DNA of 64,000 nt from an uncultured cyanobacterium (lineage in GTDB: Bacteria; Cyanobacteriota; Cyanobacteriia; PCC-9006; JAAUQQ01). The translations under genes were made by a program, and so were the position numbers. The notes under the pieces were generated by a model. That model worked only from the letters and a program-made list of their open reading frames with translations. It did no database searches and had not been told where the DNA came from. This document shows positions 9,227 through 20,340 of the stretch, in pieces (within the stretch, counting starts at the first letter, position 1; each line of letters starts with the position of its first letter). The DNA lies in assembly GCA_963718615.1 (NCBI GenBank), contig OY970368.1, forward strand, positions 3,232,001 through 3,296,000, given 5' to 3'.

Positions 9227-10006
9227 TTATACAAAACGCTTGAGTTGAACCCGATATCGTTCCTTTTTGGTCACAGAAACCTCACCAATACTGAGGCGTC
9301 CCTTGCCGCGAATGGCAACCAGATCTTCCGCTTGTAGGAGATGACTGGGCTGACTGACGGTCTTCCAGTTGACCCGCACATCGCCGCTGTTAATTAAATC
9401 CACCATTTTGCTGCGGGACATCCCAAATCCGGCGGAAGCAATTGCATCTAAGCGCATGGATGCTTCTACGGTGGTCAGTTCCTTCATTTTGGGCTCTCGC
9501 ACCCGCAGCAGGTCCAATTCCAGCGCCCGAGTTTTGACCTTGACCGATCGCACCTGGGTTAAATTCATCTCCAAAAATTCCGCCAGCTCGGGCACCACGA
9601 TCGCCTGCGCCCCCCGCTCTCCCAAGACAAGAATGTCTCCGACTTTTTCTCGAACCAAGCCCGTGCCCAGGAGCGAGCCAAGAAAATCCCGATGAGTGGC
9701 CGAATCAAACAGAAAGTTACCGGCAATTTCTAGGGCGGCAACAGTGACTTGGGATGGATCCAGGGGCAGATCGACACGGGCGATCGCCACCCGCTGCCGT
9801 TCCGCCTGGGGATAGCCACCCCAGGCCAGACAATGAACCTCGGTTAACCGCTGAAACAAATTCAGAGCCTCCGCCAACTCCGGCGGCGACAGAAAATCCG
9901 TCACCACAATGTCCCAGGTTTTAATCGCCTGTTCCGCTTGGTCGAGAACACGGGCGATCGCCTCCCGATTCTCGACCCCTTTGAGTAAATCGTCTTTAGG
10001 CAACAT
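9227..10006 (-). CDS. Photosystem II S4-domain protein (YlmH/Sll1252 family)
   Basis: TDFLSP, GGYPQAERQR, HRDFLGS, EASMRLDAIASAGFGMSRSK. Confidence 0.92.
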   Translation of the reverse strand: MLPKDDLLKGVENREAIARVLDQAEQAIKTWDIVVTDFLSPPELAEALNLFQRLTEVHCLAWGGYPQAERQRVAIARVDLPLDPSQVTVAALEIAGNFLFDSATHRDFLGSLLGTGLVREKVGDILVLGERGAQAIVVPELAEFLEMNLTQVRSVKVKTRALELDLLRVREPKMKELTTVEASMRLDAIASAGFGMSRSKMVDLINSGDVRVNWKTVSQPSHLLQAEDLVAIRGKGRLSIGEVSVTKKERYRVQLKRFV

Positions 10007-10038
10007 AGCGTTTCCTCATCCAAAGTTTCCTCAGCGTC

Positions 10039-10539
10039 CTAATCAAATACCTCCAACGTTTCCGGCTGAAACCGCCGCATAATCAGCCCCACTTGGCCAA
10101 TGAGCATTTCTGTGCCCCGGACCGCAAGCAGGTATTGACCGGCGGCGATGCGATCGCCATAGGAACTCTCATCCTTTTGTGGCAGGACCAGCGCTGGACC
10201 GCCGCCAATGAAAAAGCCCCCCATGGCCCCACCGATCGCGCCCAGCAGTCCGCCGACAATGTGATTGCCAATTTCCCCTGCCCAGGCGAAGGTATCGAGC
10301 TGGGTTGTCAGGCTAAACCCCACGCCGCCGATAAATCCAAAGGGAATCAGCCAAATGGCCATGCGCTTGGCCTGTTTCGCGGCTTTTTGCGTCGGCTCCT
10401 CCAGGCCAAATTCTTCAACCGATTGATAGCCTCGGCCCAAAATAGCAATGTTGGCCATGGGGAACGATTCCCGCTCTAGGGCGGAGTAGGCTTCTTCGGC
10501 TTTGATGCGATCGCTCAGTACCGCTACCAGGTAAGTCAT
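10039..10539 (-). CDS. Conserved cyanobacterial membrane protein
   Basis: YLVAVLSDRIKAEEAYSAL start; two Gly-rich TM helices. Confidence 0.8.
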   Translation of the reverse strand: MTYLVAVLSDRIKAEEAYSALERESFPMANIAILGRGYQSVEEFGLEEPTQKAAKQAKRMAIWLIPFGFIGGVGFSLTTQLDTFAWAGEIGNHIVGGLLGAIGGAMGGFFIGGGPALVLPQKDESSYGDRIAAGQYLLAVRGTEMLIGQVGLIMRRFQPETLEVFD

Positions 10540-10741
10540 GCAAGGCCCCTAATGGAAAAATTGTGGCAGTTCTAATAAGGATAAGGATATAAGAGGGTGA
10601 GTGGGTAATCGATGCCCTGCACTGGGTGATTTGGACGGTGTTACGCCCAGAGGCATCGAAGGGATTGGCGCTGCTCAAAAAGCGGTGGGTTGTAGAGCGA
10701 ACCTTGGGCTGGTGTAACCGCTATCGTTGGCTGAGCAAAGA

Positions 10742-13342
10742 CTATTTCGTCGCCCCGTCCCCATGCTCACCCCCCCCCTGAGCGTCTTTCGGCAGGGGTA
10801 CAAAGCGAAGTTCGTCAGTGGCACTATCCCGGACAACTTGAACCAGCTGCCGGATGGGTTCTTGGCGATCGCCCTCCGCCGAAAATGTAATCATCCCCGA
10901 TGCGCCCTCCGCCTTAAAATCACGATCCGAGAGCGCTTTCTCCAAGTCGCTGCGGCTAAAGCTGCCTTTGCCGTCTGGATTGCGATTGCGCACCGCTTTG
11001 GCGATCACCTGCACCGCGTCGTAGCTTAGAGCCGTGCGCCAACTCACCGGCCCGTGCCACAGCTGCTTCGCCTGCTCGGGGAAATTTGAATCTTGCGAAC
11101 TTTCCCTGTGCCAAGGCACACTCACCACCATCTCAAGGGCGCTGTTTCCATCGGTCGTGCGCTTAGCGGTCGTGAACGAGCTGTACAAGTCGTCCCCTCC
11201 CAAGACAGGCAACTGCGTTTGATTCTCCAGCACCACATTGAGCGCTTGAGGAAAGGTGTCACTGTTCGGGAACAGAACTAGCACATTGGCTTGCTTGTCT
11301 TTGGCGCTATCCACACTGTTCCGCGCATTAAAAGTCACACCGCTCCGCACCTCAGAAGGGCTGACGCTGTCAGCCAAATCGACGCGGTAGACAATCTCAC
11401 CACCGTACTCTTTTTCAAAGGATTTAAGCAGCGAGTTGCTGTAGTTGCTTGTAGAGTCGTAATAAACTGCTGCGCGCGGCCATTTGGAGGCATACTGAGC
11501 CAGTCCCTGGGCGGTGACGCTGTCATGGGGCACAGTGCGGAAGAAATATTCACTTTTGCCGCTCAAGTCCACGGACGTGCTCACCGAGGAGATCATGGGC
11601 AGCTTGCCCGCAGTATATTCATTCACCGTGGCCAACGATAGATCACTCGTATTGCAACAGATCACACCCACCACCTCGGGTCTGGCGCTCAAGGTTTTGG
11701 CAATATTCACGGCTGTGGCTTCGTCATTGCTGTCTTCCGCCAAGAGGATCTGGATTTTTAGACCTTGTATTCCCCCAGCCTGATTGATTTCTTCCTGGGC
11801 CTGGGCGACGCCGCGCAGAATTTCGAGGGATGCAGACAAATCCTTACCCATACCCATGGGCAAGGGCACGGCGATGGTGATGGTGTCAGCTTTTTCCAGC
11901 AGGTTCTGGGCGTTGTTTTTGTAGATGCGGGTTTCTGGATCGTTGGGTTTTTCGTCTAGGACTTCGTCAAATAGGTCGATCGCCTCCTTAAATTCTTTGT
12001 TTTCAAAGGCTTTCACCCCCGCTTCCTTTTTCTTTTGTGCTGGACTTTTCTCTTGTGCTGGACTTTTCTCCTGCGAGGGGGGGGTGGCCTCCGGCAGAAT
12101 TTTCTCGCCTTCGCTGAGGGCGGGTGGGGGAAAGGGTTCAGTGGCTGACGGTTTCGGTGCCTTGGGCCACAGCGCCCATCCCGTCAAACTCACAAGACCT
12201 ACAAGACCTACAAGGCCCAGGGCGATCGCCCCCTTCCGCGCTCGGCTCAGGCCACGGGGCCAGCACAGCACCGGAGCCGAGGGATGCTGACACACCACTG
12301 GCAACCAGGAGGCGGTGGGGAATCTATCGCGCAGGCCCTCGTCGAGGCGATCGCGGGCAATCCGCAGCGATCGGTGCAGCGCCTCCCCCCGGACAAAGCT
12401 CTCCAAAAAATAGCGCAAAAAGGCATGGGCCACCGGGTCGGGCACAAGTTCGCGCATCACCACCGTGTAGGGAATCCGCACCTCCGCGATGCTGCGGGCA
12501 ATGCCTAGGCCATCGCAGGAATTCAAAATCACTAGCTGTAGCCCTCGTTGGGCCGCCGCCTTCAGACCCAGGCTGAGTTCCCTGAGCGAGAGGGAATCTT
12601 GGTCGTTGATCTCAATCACGCCATCGGGTTGGCTAGGGCATCCGTCGAGGCTGTGGCTATGGCCCGCAAAAAACAAAATATCCCAGCCTTTGGGGTCATG
12701 GAGGCGATCGCTCAGCGCTTGCCGGGACGGCTTGGACAAAAACTCAACGTTCTCTATGGGCCTAGGCACCAACTGCCGAATCAGCGCTTGATCTGTCTCC
12801 AGACTAATTTGATCATCGTTACCCAAAACCGCCAAAATTCGCACCGGCCAGACCATTGCCTTGCCCTGAGCCGAATAGGGCGGATAGGGCATATGCAACG
12901 CCATCGTCAGATTCCTGTAGCGGCTAAACAGCGACCAGCGATGCCAGGGCAAGCGCTGCAACAACTCATCCGATGTTTTGAGGATCACCTGAGCCGATTC
13001 CTCGGGGCGTAACTCTTCCCGCAGCGCAAATTCTAGCTCCCGCGCACTACTCTGATTCAGCCAGGTTTGCATCGCATCCGTCAGGGCATCGCCAGCGGTG
13101 CGCTGCTCTTCTAAACTGGCGACATTGTGAACCTGCCCAGGCGGAAGAATAATGCGGGTTCCTTCGCGATAAATCGATTGCCACTGCCGATAAATCTCGG
13201 GAATCTGGGGCGCAGGCGGCAGTCTGCCGTCAACCGTTTGATGGGCGGCTTGGCCTGCAATACTCAAATGCATAGAGACCGCAAAGCCTTGCTCGAAGCT
13301 ACCTTCAGTTGTCTCAAACAAAATAACTTTGACAGGTGCCAC
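10742..13342 (-). CDS. CHAT protease domain - TM - TPR - branched-chain amino acid (LivJ-type) binding domain protein
   Basis: LQRLPW, FFAGHS and LNSCDGL (CHAT His/Cys); TM helix; NDPETRIYKNNA; LRGVAQAQ, YFFRTVP, WRTALSYDA. Confidence 0.85.
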   Translation of the reverse strand: MAPVKVILFETTEGSFEQGFAVSMHLSIAGQAAHQTVDGRLPPAPQIPEIYRQWQSIYREGTRIILPPGQVHNVASLEEQRTAGDALTDAMQTWLNQSSARELEFALREELRPEESAQVILKTSDELLQRLPWHRWSLFSRYRNLTMALHMPYPPYSAQGKAMVWPVRILAVLGNDDQISLETDQALIRQLVPRPIENVEFLSKPSRQALSDRLHDPKGWDILFFAGHSHSLDGCPSQPDGVIEINDQDSLSLRELSLGLKAAAQRGLQLVILNSCDGLGIARSIAEVRIPYTVVMRELVPDPVAHAFLRYFLESFVRGEALHRSLRIARDRLDEGLRDRFPTASWLPVVCQHPSAPVLCWPRGLSRARKGAIALGLVGLVGLVSLTGWALWPKAPKPSATEPFPPPALSEGEKILPEATPPSQEKSPAQEKSPAQKKKEAGVKAFENKEFKEAIDLFDEVLDEKPNDPETRIYKNNAQNLLEKADTITIAVPLPMGMGKDLSASLEILRGVAQAQEEINQAGGIQGLKIQILLAEDSNDEATAVNIAKTLSARPEVVGVICCNTSDLSLATVNEYTAGKLPMISSVSTSVDLSGKSEYFFRTVPHDSVTAQGLAQYASKWPRAAVYYDSTSNYSNSLLKSFEKEYGGEIVYRVDLADSVSPSEVRSGVTFNARNSVDSAKDKQANVLVLFPNSDTFPQALNVVLENQTQLPVLGGDDLYSSFTTAKRTTDGNSALEMVVSVPWHRESSQDSNFPEQAKQLWHGPVSWRTALSYDAVQVIAKAVRNRNPDGKGSFSRSDLEKALSDRDFKAEGASGMITFSAEGDRQEPIRQLVQVVRDSATDELRFVPLPKDAQGGGEHGDGATK

Positions 13343-13711
13343 AACCCCTAACCTCTCCTACCGAACGTCCGAGTGCCTAGACACAGATCTAGGTACGGCT
13401 CAGGTTATCTAAGATTATCGGTTGCGAAAAGAATTTTTATTCAGATCAGGAAAAGGTAATTTTTCGGTAATCCTTAATCTCCCATCCGATCGAACCCATG
13501 TTTGATCAAGTACCTTAGGGCATACGGGAACTTGGCTTTTGGAGTCGAACGCTTCTGGAGATGAGACTGCTTTGTCAGTTGCTTTTGGACAATTGGAGGA
13601 AAGTAATGTCAATGAAAGAAGAATCCCCATCTTTGTCCTAGAATGGCCTACTGGGGCAATCTCTGCCCACCGGTTCATGTTGCTCAACGTTCTTCGATCA
13701 GCTGCGTTACC

Positions 13712-15298
13712 ATGCCCAAGGTTCTTGTCTCCGATCCCATCGATCCCATCGGGATTGAAATTCTGTCCCAGGTTGCTCAGGTTGATCTTAGACCCGGTCT
13801 CTCTGAAGCAGAACTGGTGGAAATTATCCCTGAATACGATGCCCTGATGATTCGCTCCGGCACCCAGGTGACCGAGGCGGTAATTGAGGCCAGCAAACCC
13901 CTCAAGATTATTGGCCGTGCCGGGGTGGGGGTAGACAACGTTAATGTGCCTGCCGCTACCCGCAAAGGGATTGTGGTGGTGAATTCCCCGGAAGGGAACA
14001 CGATCGCGGCGGCGGAACATGCGATCACCATGATGATGTCGTTGTCACGCTACGTCCCCGATGCCAACCAGTCCACCAAAAGCGGCGGCTGGGATCGCAA
14101 AACCTTCATTGGTGCAGAGGTCTACAAGAAAACCCTAGGGGTAGTCGGCCTCGGCAAAATTGGAGCCCATGTGGCCACGGTGGCCAAGGCCATGGGCATG
14201 AAACTTCTGGCCTATGACCCGTTTATTTCCGTTGAGCGGGCGGAGCAAATCGGCTGTCGTTTGGTCGAACTGGATATGCTCTTCCGGGAGTCGGACTACA
14301 TTACGCTCCATGTGCCTAAGACCCCAGAGACAACGAATCTGATCGGTCCCCGGACGATCGCCCTGATGAAACCCACGGTGCGGATTATCAACTGCTCACG
14401 GGGGGGGGTCATTGATGAAGCGGCCCTGGCGGAGGCGATCGAGTCGGGACAGATTGCAGGAGCCGCCCTGGATGTCTTTGACAACGAGCCCCTAGAGGCC
14501 GATTCGCCCCTACGAAAACTGGGCAAGAACGTCATTTTAACGCCCCACCTGGGGGCCTCCACCGCTGAGGCTCAGGTGAACGTGGCCATGGATGTGGCCG
14601 AGCAAATTCGGGATGTGTTGCTGGGTTTACCGGCGCGATCGGCGGTGAATATTCCGGGGCTCCATCCCAGCGTCATGGAAAAAATGCGGCCCTATCTGGA
14701 GCTGGCCGAAACCCTGGGCAATTTGCTCAGTCAACTGGCCGGGGGCCGGATTCATCAGCTCGATGTGCGGCTTCAAGGCGAACTGGCCCAGCGGGATAGC
14801 AAGCCGGTGGTGATTGCTTCGCTCAAGGGTTTACTTTCCCAGGCCCTGCGGGAGCGGGTCAACTATGTCAATGCGTCCATCGAAGCCAAGGAACGGGGCA
14901 TTCGGGTAATCGAAACCCGCGACGAAGCCACCAGCGACTATTCCGGCGGTTCGCTCTATCTCTCGGCCATCGGAGCCCAGGGTGAACATGCGGTGACCGG
15001 GGCATTGTTGGGGGATAGCGAGGTGTTTATTACCAGCGTTGATGAGTTTCCGATCAATGTGTCGCCCAGCAAATATATGCTGTTTACCCGCCACCGGGAC
15101 ATGCCGGGGATCATTGGCAAAATCGGGTCGCTCTTGGGCAGCTTTAATGTCAACATTGCCAGTATGCAAGTGGGACGCAAAATTGTCCGAGGCGATGCGG
15201 TGATGGTCTTGAGCTTGGATGATCCGTTGCCCGATGGGGTCTTGACGGAAATCGTCAAAATCGACGGTATCCGCGACGCCTATACGGTCAAACTCTAG
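13712..15298 (+). CDS. serA: D-3-phosphoglycerate dehydrogenase
   Basis: MPKVLVSDP start, GRAGVGVDN, GLGKIG, TPHLGAST, C-terminal ACT domain. Confidence 0.97.
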   Translation: MPKVLVSDPIDPIGIEILSQVAQVDLRPGLSEAELVEIIPEYDALMIRSGTQVTEAVIEASKPLKIIGRAGVGVDNVNVPAATRKGIVVVNSPEGNTIAAAEHAITMMMSLSRYVPDANQSTKSGGWDRKTFIGAEVYKKTLGVVGLGKIGAHVATVAKAMGMKLLAYDPFISVERAEQIGCRLVELDMLFRESDYITLHVPKTPETTNLIGPRTIALMKPTVRIINCSRGGVIDEAALAEAIESGQIAGAALDVFDNEPLEADSPLRKLGKNVILTPHLGASTAEAQVNVAMDVAEQIRDVLLGLPARSAVNIPGLHPSVMEKMRPYLELAETLGNLLSQLAGGRIHQLDVRLQGELAQRDSKPVVIASLKGLLSQALRERVNYVNASIEAKERGIRVIETRDEATSDYSGGSLYLSAIGAQGEHAVTGALLGDSEVFITSVDEFPINVSPSKYMLFTRHRDMPGIIGKIGSLLGSFNVNIASMQVGRKIVRGDAVMVLSLDDPLPDGVLTEIVKIDGIRDAYTVKL

Positions 15299-15366
15299 CC
15301 CTCTTGCGAACTGCTGCATCGAACTGCTGCATTAAACTGCCGAATCGAACTTAGGGGGAATGGGTC

Positions 15367-16263
15367 TTGGCACAAGGGTGGTGGGAAATTCAGATTCTGT
15401 GCGAGCCTCTCCTGGAGGAAATCGTCACCTGGCGGCTCGATAAATTTGGTTGCCGGGGGTCTGCCCGCGAAGTTCAGGGCATTTCCTATCTGATCAAGAG
15501 TTACATTCCCCAAAGTCAAGTTCAGATTTTGGATCTGGGGGCACTGGCGCTGTGGCTGAAACAGGATGCGATCGCCGTTGAACAAATGCCCCCTCGGGTC
15601 ACCTGGCAGCGCATCGACGAAGAGGACTGGTCCAGCAGTTGGAAACAGCACTGGAAACCTGAGGAACTGGGCGATCGCTTCCTCATCTGTCCGGCCTGGA
15701 TTGAGCCACCGGCAACGGATCGGCTCGTGCTCACACTCGATCCCGGTGTCGCCTTTGGCACCGGAGCCCACCCCACCACTCAGCTCTGTCTAGAATCCCT
15801 AGAGATGCGGCTGACGGAGCTGGGGGATACACCGATTACCCTGGCTGATGTGGGCTGTGGGTCGGGGATTTTATCCATTGGGGCTGTTCTGCTGGGGGCG
15901 CAGCGGGTCTATGCAGTGGATACGGATCCCCTGGCGGTCAAAGCCACGGAGGAAAATCGGGATCTCAACCAGATTTCCGATCAGAGGATTACCTCTGAAT
16001 TGGGCAGCGCCGATCGGATTAAAGCCTTGGCCGACTCCGGGATTCAGTTTGATGGCATTGTCTGCAATATTTTGGCTGAAGTGATTGTGGATTTGGTGCC
16101 GACCTTTTCGGCCATCGCCCACAACAAAACCTGGGCCATCCTCAGCGGTATCCTCACCAGCCAAGCCAAAACCGTCGCCGACATCCTGGAGCAGGAAGGC
16201 TGGATTGTCGCCACCCTCTGGAAACGCAAGGAATGGTGCTGCTTTAATATCCGCCGTAGCTAA
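15367..16263 (+). CDS. prmA: Ribosomal protein L11 methyltransferase
   Basis: [42 protein letters not shown]. Confidence 0.95.
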   Translation: MAQGWWEIQILCEPLLEEIVTWRLDKFGCRGSAREVQGISYLIKSYIPQSQVQILDLGALALWLKQDAIAVEQMPPRVTWQRIDEEDWSSSWKQHWKPEELGDRFLICPAWIEPPATDRLVLTLDPGVAFGTGAHPTTQLCLESLEMRLTELGDTPITLADVGCGSGILSIGAVLLGAQRVYAVDTDPLAVKATEENRDLNQISDQRITSELGSADRIKALADSGIQFDGIVCNILAEVIVDLVPTFSAIAHNKTWAILSGILTSQAKTVADILEQEGWIVATLWKRKEWCCFNIRRS

Positions 16264-16276
16264 AACATATTTCACG

Positions 16277-17362
16277 ATGATTCAAGCCCCTCCTCTCTCA
16301 CACCGTCTTCTGATTACCGGCGGTGCTGGCTTTATTGGTTCTAATTTTGTGCATCACTGGGCGGAAACGCATCCGGGCGATCGCCTCGTTGTCCTCGACG
16401 CCCTCACCTACGCCGGAAACCGCGCCAATCTAGCGGATCTCCAAGACTCAGCCAACCTCCGCTTTGTCCAAGGAGACATTTGCGATGGATCCCTGGTGGC
16501 TCAACTGCTGCAAGAAGAAAAGGTCGATCGCGTCGTCCACTTTGCCGCTGAGTCCCATGTCGATCGCTCCATTCTCGGTCCTGCTGCCTTTATTCAAACC
16601 AATGTCGTCGGTACATTCACGCTGTTAGAACAGTTCCGACAGTACTGGCTCGCCCAATCCCAGCCGGACGCCTATCGGTTTTTGCATGTCTCGACCGACG
16701 AAGTCTACGGCAGCCTCGGCCCCCACGACCCCGGCTTTCGCGAAACTACCCCCTTCGCCCCCAACAGCCCCTACTCCGCCTCCAAGGCCGGGAGCGATCA
16801 CCTTGTCCGGGCCTACTTCCACACCTATGGTCTGCCCACGCTGATCACCAATTGCTCCAACAACTACGGCCCCTACCATTTCCCCGAAAAGCTGATTCCC
16901 TTGATGATCATCAACATCCTCCAGGGCAAAGCCCTGCCCGTTTATGGGGATGGTCAAAATATTCGCGACTGGCTCTATGTCAGGGATCATTGTCGGGCGA
17001 TCGATCGCGTCCTCGCAGCCGGGACACCGGGCGAAACCTACAACGTTGGCGGCAACAACGAAGTCAAAAACTTGGATCTAGTCCAAACGCTTTGTGGTCT
17101 AGTCCAGGAACTGGATCCAGATCTGCCCGTCCGTCCTCCCCAAAACTTAATTACTTTCGTCAGAGACCGCCCCGGCCACGATCGCCGTTATGCCATCGAC
17201 GCGACTAAGATCCAGCGAGACCTCGGCTGGTTCCCCGAAGAAACCCTGGAAACAGGCTTACGCAAAACTGTCACTTGGTATCTCACCCATCAAGATTGGT
17301 GGCAGCCACTGCTTTCCGCCGAGTATCAAGCCTATTACAACCAGGTTTATACGGCTTCCTAG
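16277..17362 (+). CDS. rfbB: dTDP-glucose 4,6-dehydratase
   Basis: [43 protein letters not shown]. Confidence 0.96.
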   Translation: MIQAPPLSHRLLITGGAGFIGSNFVHHWAETHPGDRLVVLDALTYAGNRANLADLQDSANLRFVQGDICDGSLVAQLLQEEKVDRVVHFAAESHVDRSILGPAAFIQTNVVGTFTLLEQFRQYWLAQSQPDAYRFLHVSTDEVYGSLGPHDPGFRETTPFAPNSPYSASKAGSDHLVRAYFHTYGLPTLITNCSNNYGPYHFPEKLIPLMIINILQGKALPVYGDGQNIRDWLYVRDHCRAIDRVLAAGTPGETYNVGGNNEVKNLDLVQTLCGLVQELDPDLPVRPPQNLITFVRDRPGHDRRYAIDATKIQRDLGWFPEETLETGLRKTVTWYLTHQDWWQPLLSAEYQAYYNQVYTAS

Positions 17363-17560
17363 GCAATCCGTCTCGTCCAGCCAGCGATCTCTATCGATGG
17401 AGGGGGGCAGACCCCCTTCACCCTATCGCTTTGGGAACTGGCACATTCCTCTCCCTAGAGGCAAAATAATTTTGTCATTCTAAATTATGGTGAATCTCAA
17501 TGTTGAGATTGGTTAACGCCATGGTTAACTGTGGCAATGTTGCTTGAGGAGAGATGAACG

Positions 17561-18019
17561 GTGTTTAATCTGCGTAATGGATTCATTTTGGGCTTGGCAA
17601 GTGTAGCGATCGCGACCACCGCGACTACCGCTCAAGCCCAATCCGCGACCAGTAGCTACAACTATATCGGCGGTGGTGTGAGCGACGAGGGTCTCGTGAT
17701 CAATGGCAAGGCTCAAATCACGCCCCAGTTTTCGATTCGGCCTGCGGCGATTTTGAACTACGACTTTGACGACGCAACGTTCCTCGTTCCGGTTACCTAC
17801 GACTTCGCTCAGGTTGAAGCCGGTGAAGCCAATCTTCTGCCCTTCGCAGGTGCAGGGGTTCGGATTGAAACGGACGGTGATGATAACTTTGGTGCCTTGG
17901 TAACCGGTGGTGTGGACTATCGGATTACGGAGCGTTGGACCGCCAATGGGTCGTTGAATGTCTCCTTTATCAATGATACGAACTTCGACTTTATCGTGGG
18001 TGTGGGCTACAACTTCTAG
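17561..18019 (+). CDS. Small outer-membrane beta-barrel protein
   Basis: Signal peptide (AQA), alternating beta strands, C-terminal VGVGYNF beta-signal. Confidence 0.85.
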   Translation: MFNLRNGFILGLASVAIATTATTAQAQSATSSYNYIGGGVSDEGLVINGKAQITPQFSIRPAAILNYDFDDATFLVPVTYDFAQVEAGEANLLPFAGAGVRIETDGDDNFGALVTGGVDYRITERWTANGSLNVSFINDTNFDFIVGVGYNF

Positions 18020-18053
18020 CCCTAGAGCTTCTAGCCCTAGGCCTAAGTACAAA

Positions 18054-18088
18054 AAAAGCGGGTCTGTGCTTTGCCTAGACCCGCTTTT
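18054..18088. terminator. Bidirectional intrinsic terminator
   Basis: AAAAGCGGGTCT...AGACCCGCTTTT between convergent genes. Confidence 0.8.
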
Positions 18089-18124
18089 GCTATGAATTAC
18101 AGCCCCTAGCCCTGCCAGCCTGAT

Positions 18125-18830
18125 TTACCACATGCCCTGAATCGGCTCAACGTTAACCGATTGAACATTTTGCTTCACCGCCACCTGACGGCTAGCCGAG
18201 GCATTGCCAGCCCACATGGCTTGCATCCGATCCTGACGACGGGCCTCAACCGCAGCGAAGCGGGAGCTCAGCATTTCATGTGCCATTTGAGCTTTGGACT
18301 TTGCTTGGGTGGATTTGAGCATGCTCACCACTTCATCAATCCCAGCATAGGTCGACCCACGGCGGCGCAGTTCAATGACATCCACCTGGGCATCCACCGG
18401 ATAGTTCGCAACAATTTCTAGCGGAGTCAGAGCGTTGTCATCTTTCAGGGAGTTGATGATCGCAGCCCGCAGCGCTTGCTTAGCATCTTTGCTGGTGCTG
18501 CGCGGCATGATCACTTGAGCCAGATCATCCAGCAGAGCTTCGCCTTCACCGGAGTTGAACAGGGCATCTGGCAGCCGCTAGGTCGTAGTTCACCGTTTGC
18601 GACAAAAAGCCACGGGCCTCTTCCGGTTCCACATTGGTTTCGGAGAGTACGAGATGGAGAACCCCATCGGAGATGCCTTCATCCACTAGCAGATTCAATT
18701 CATCCAGGGTCACGGACTGATGCAGTGCACCATTGATCAGCGTCAGATTATCAGCCGCTTTCGCCGCAGTGGGCAGCAGCATCGCTAAACCAAGACCGAG
18801 CAAAGCAGACAGTTTTACCGAGAATTTCAT
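18125..18830 (-). pseudogene. DUF1400-domain secreted protein with a frameshift near 18569
   Basis: Signal peptide + AADNLTL..SVTLDEL. Removing one base after NYDLAAA joins it to DALFNSGEGEALLDDLAQVI...ALRAAII..LEIVANYP, ending PIQGMW. Confidence 0.75.
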
Positions 18831-19393
18831 GTTGGCTAAATCCATTACTACATCTAACGGAGACACGAAAAGGGTGAAACAGCCTTTTCGGGAGAGGAGC
18901 AACAAGGCAGTTTAGTCTTTCGCTCTCAATTAAATAATGCCCCGACTCAACTTGAAATCACCCGAGATCTTACTGATTTATTAACAGATTAATTATCTTT
19001 TATGGATTTATATACTCGTTCAAGTTTGTGAATAAATTTATTTCATCAGTTTCTTTTCAGCAGATATATTTCCGCCAACAGCGCTAAAATTTCTCAAAAC
19101 AAGGGAAATTTGCTAAATCCCTTTTTATATAAAGACCTTAGCCTCTAGACTTTTCACTCTTTTTTCAGAAAGAAATTTCAAAATAAAATCAAAGCAGAAT
19201 ACCATAATCCTAATTTTTTTGAGAAAATGTCTAGATAATAATGCTTTGATTTTCTTTGAGAGGGCATACACTTGCTAGCCAGTGGAAAGTTTTAGACTTG
19301 GTAAAGTATCCATAACGCTACCTAGGGCAAATACACTCAGCAAATATTTGATCCAAGGCGTAGAGAGTGAGATCAGTCCAGTTCAAGCTTAAT

Positions 19394-19408
19394 TGACTTT
19401 TATTGTCA
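19394..19408. promoter_or_regulatory. Possible Fur-box-like site
   Basis: TGACTTTtATTGTCA matches 10/14 of TGATAATnATTATCA; lies upstream of ferritin. Confidence 0.3.
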
Positions 19409-19477
19409 TTAAAATTTCAAGTGCTGTAACAGGAGATGTTGTCTCTAGATAATATGTCTGCCCGCTAAAACAAGAAT

Positions 19478-19520
19478 TGTATTTTGAATTACAAGTTGAA
19501 ACAGTCTGAAATATTAGTAT
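19478..19520 (+). promoter_or_regulatory. NtcA-activated promoter
   Basis: TGTA-TTTTGAAT-TACA (GTA-N8-TAC at 19479-19492), then 22 nt, then TAGTAT (TAN3T) at 19515-19520. Confidence 0.7.
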
Positions 19521-19674
19521 TTGCGTAGCACTGAGGCTACTATTGATTTTTCGAGCTTCCAGTCACTGCCTGGTTAAGCCGGTTGTTTTTCTGCTTCCAA
19601 TTCGCAATAATAGAGGGCATAGATAAGAAAGACTGCCAATTGATGAGCCCGAACCCATTACATCAGAGAACATC

Positions 19675-20211
19675 ATGCTATCTCAAGCTCTGAGCGATCG
19701 CCTCAACCAACAAATCAATCTAGAAATGTACTCCTCCCATCTCTACCTACAAACGAGTTCCTGGTGCGCCTATAAATCTTTAGATGGCTGTGCCGAATTC
19801 TTGCGTCTCCATGCCGAGGAAGAATCGGGTCATATGAACCGTCTGCTGAATTACATGCATGAGACTGGAGCATTTGTCATTTTGGGTGGAATGGAAGCAC
19901 CACCCACGCAATTTGAGTCATTAACTGCACTGTTTGAGAAAATCTATGAGCATGAGTTATTCATCACAACAAACATTAATGATCTAGTGCATTTAGCGAA
20001 TACAGAACCCGATTACTCAACCTTGCAGTTCCTGCAATGGTATGTCGCAGAACAACATCAAGAGGAGTTTCTGTTTAAAGGGATTTTGGACAAAATTAAA
20101 TTAATTGGAACCGAAGGCCAAGGGCTGTTCTTAATTGATAAAGAAGTAGGTAAATTAGCGGCCTCTTCAGCCAAAGAAGTAACCACTATGACTTCTGAAT
20201 CTGATGTTTAG
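19675..20211 (+). CDS. ftnA: Non-heme ferritin
   Basis: LNQQINLEMYSSHLYL, HAEEESGHM, YEHE, FLQWYVAEQHQEE ferroxidase ligands. Confidence 0.93.
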   Translation: MLSQALSDRLNQQINLEMYSSHLYLQTSSWCAYKSLDGCAEFLRLHAEEESGHMNRLLNYMHETGAFVILGGMEAPPTQFESLTALFEKIYEHELFITTNINDLVHLANTEPDYSTLQFLQWYVAEQHQEEFLFKGILDKIKLIGTEGQGLFLIDKEVGKLAASSAKEVTTMTSESDV

Positions 20212-20235
20212 ACCTTCCAGTCTTTCTTTCTCACG

Positions 20236-20269
20236 AAAAAGCGGTGGGCACTCAACAGGTGCTCACCGC
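20236..20269 (-). terminator. Intrinsic terminator
   Basis: GCGGTGGGCAC/GTGCTCACCGC stem with a U-tract on the minus strand. Confidence 0.65.
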
Positions 20270-20340
20270 CTCTACTTAAAGTCATCAACCGCAGTCATGA
20301 ATAAAGGGGACTTATCCCCCATATTCTGCGTATTCAGAAT

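Noticed and set aside
18560-18580. Programmed frameshift in the DUF1400 gene
   Set aside because: No slippery sequence or stimulatory structure is visible.
19526-19541. Second NtcA site (GTAGCACTGAGGCTAC)
   Set aside because: The spacer is 10 nt rather than 8; more likely an RNA hairpin.
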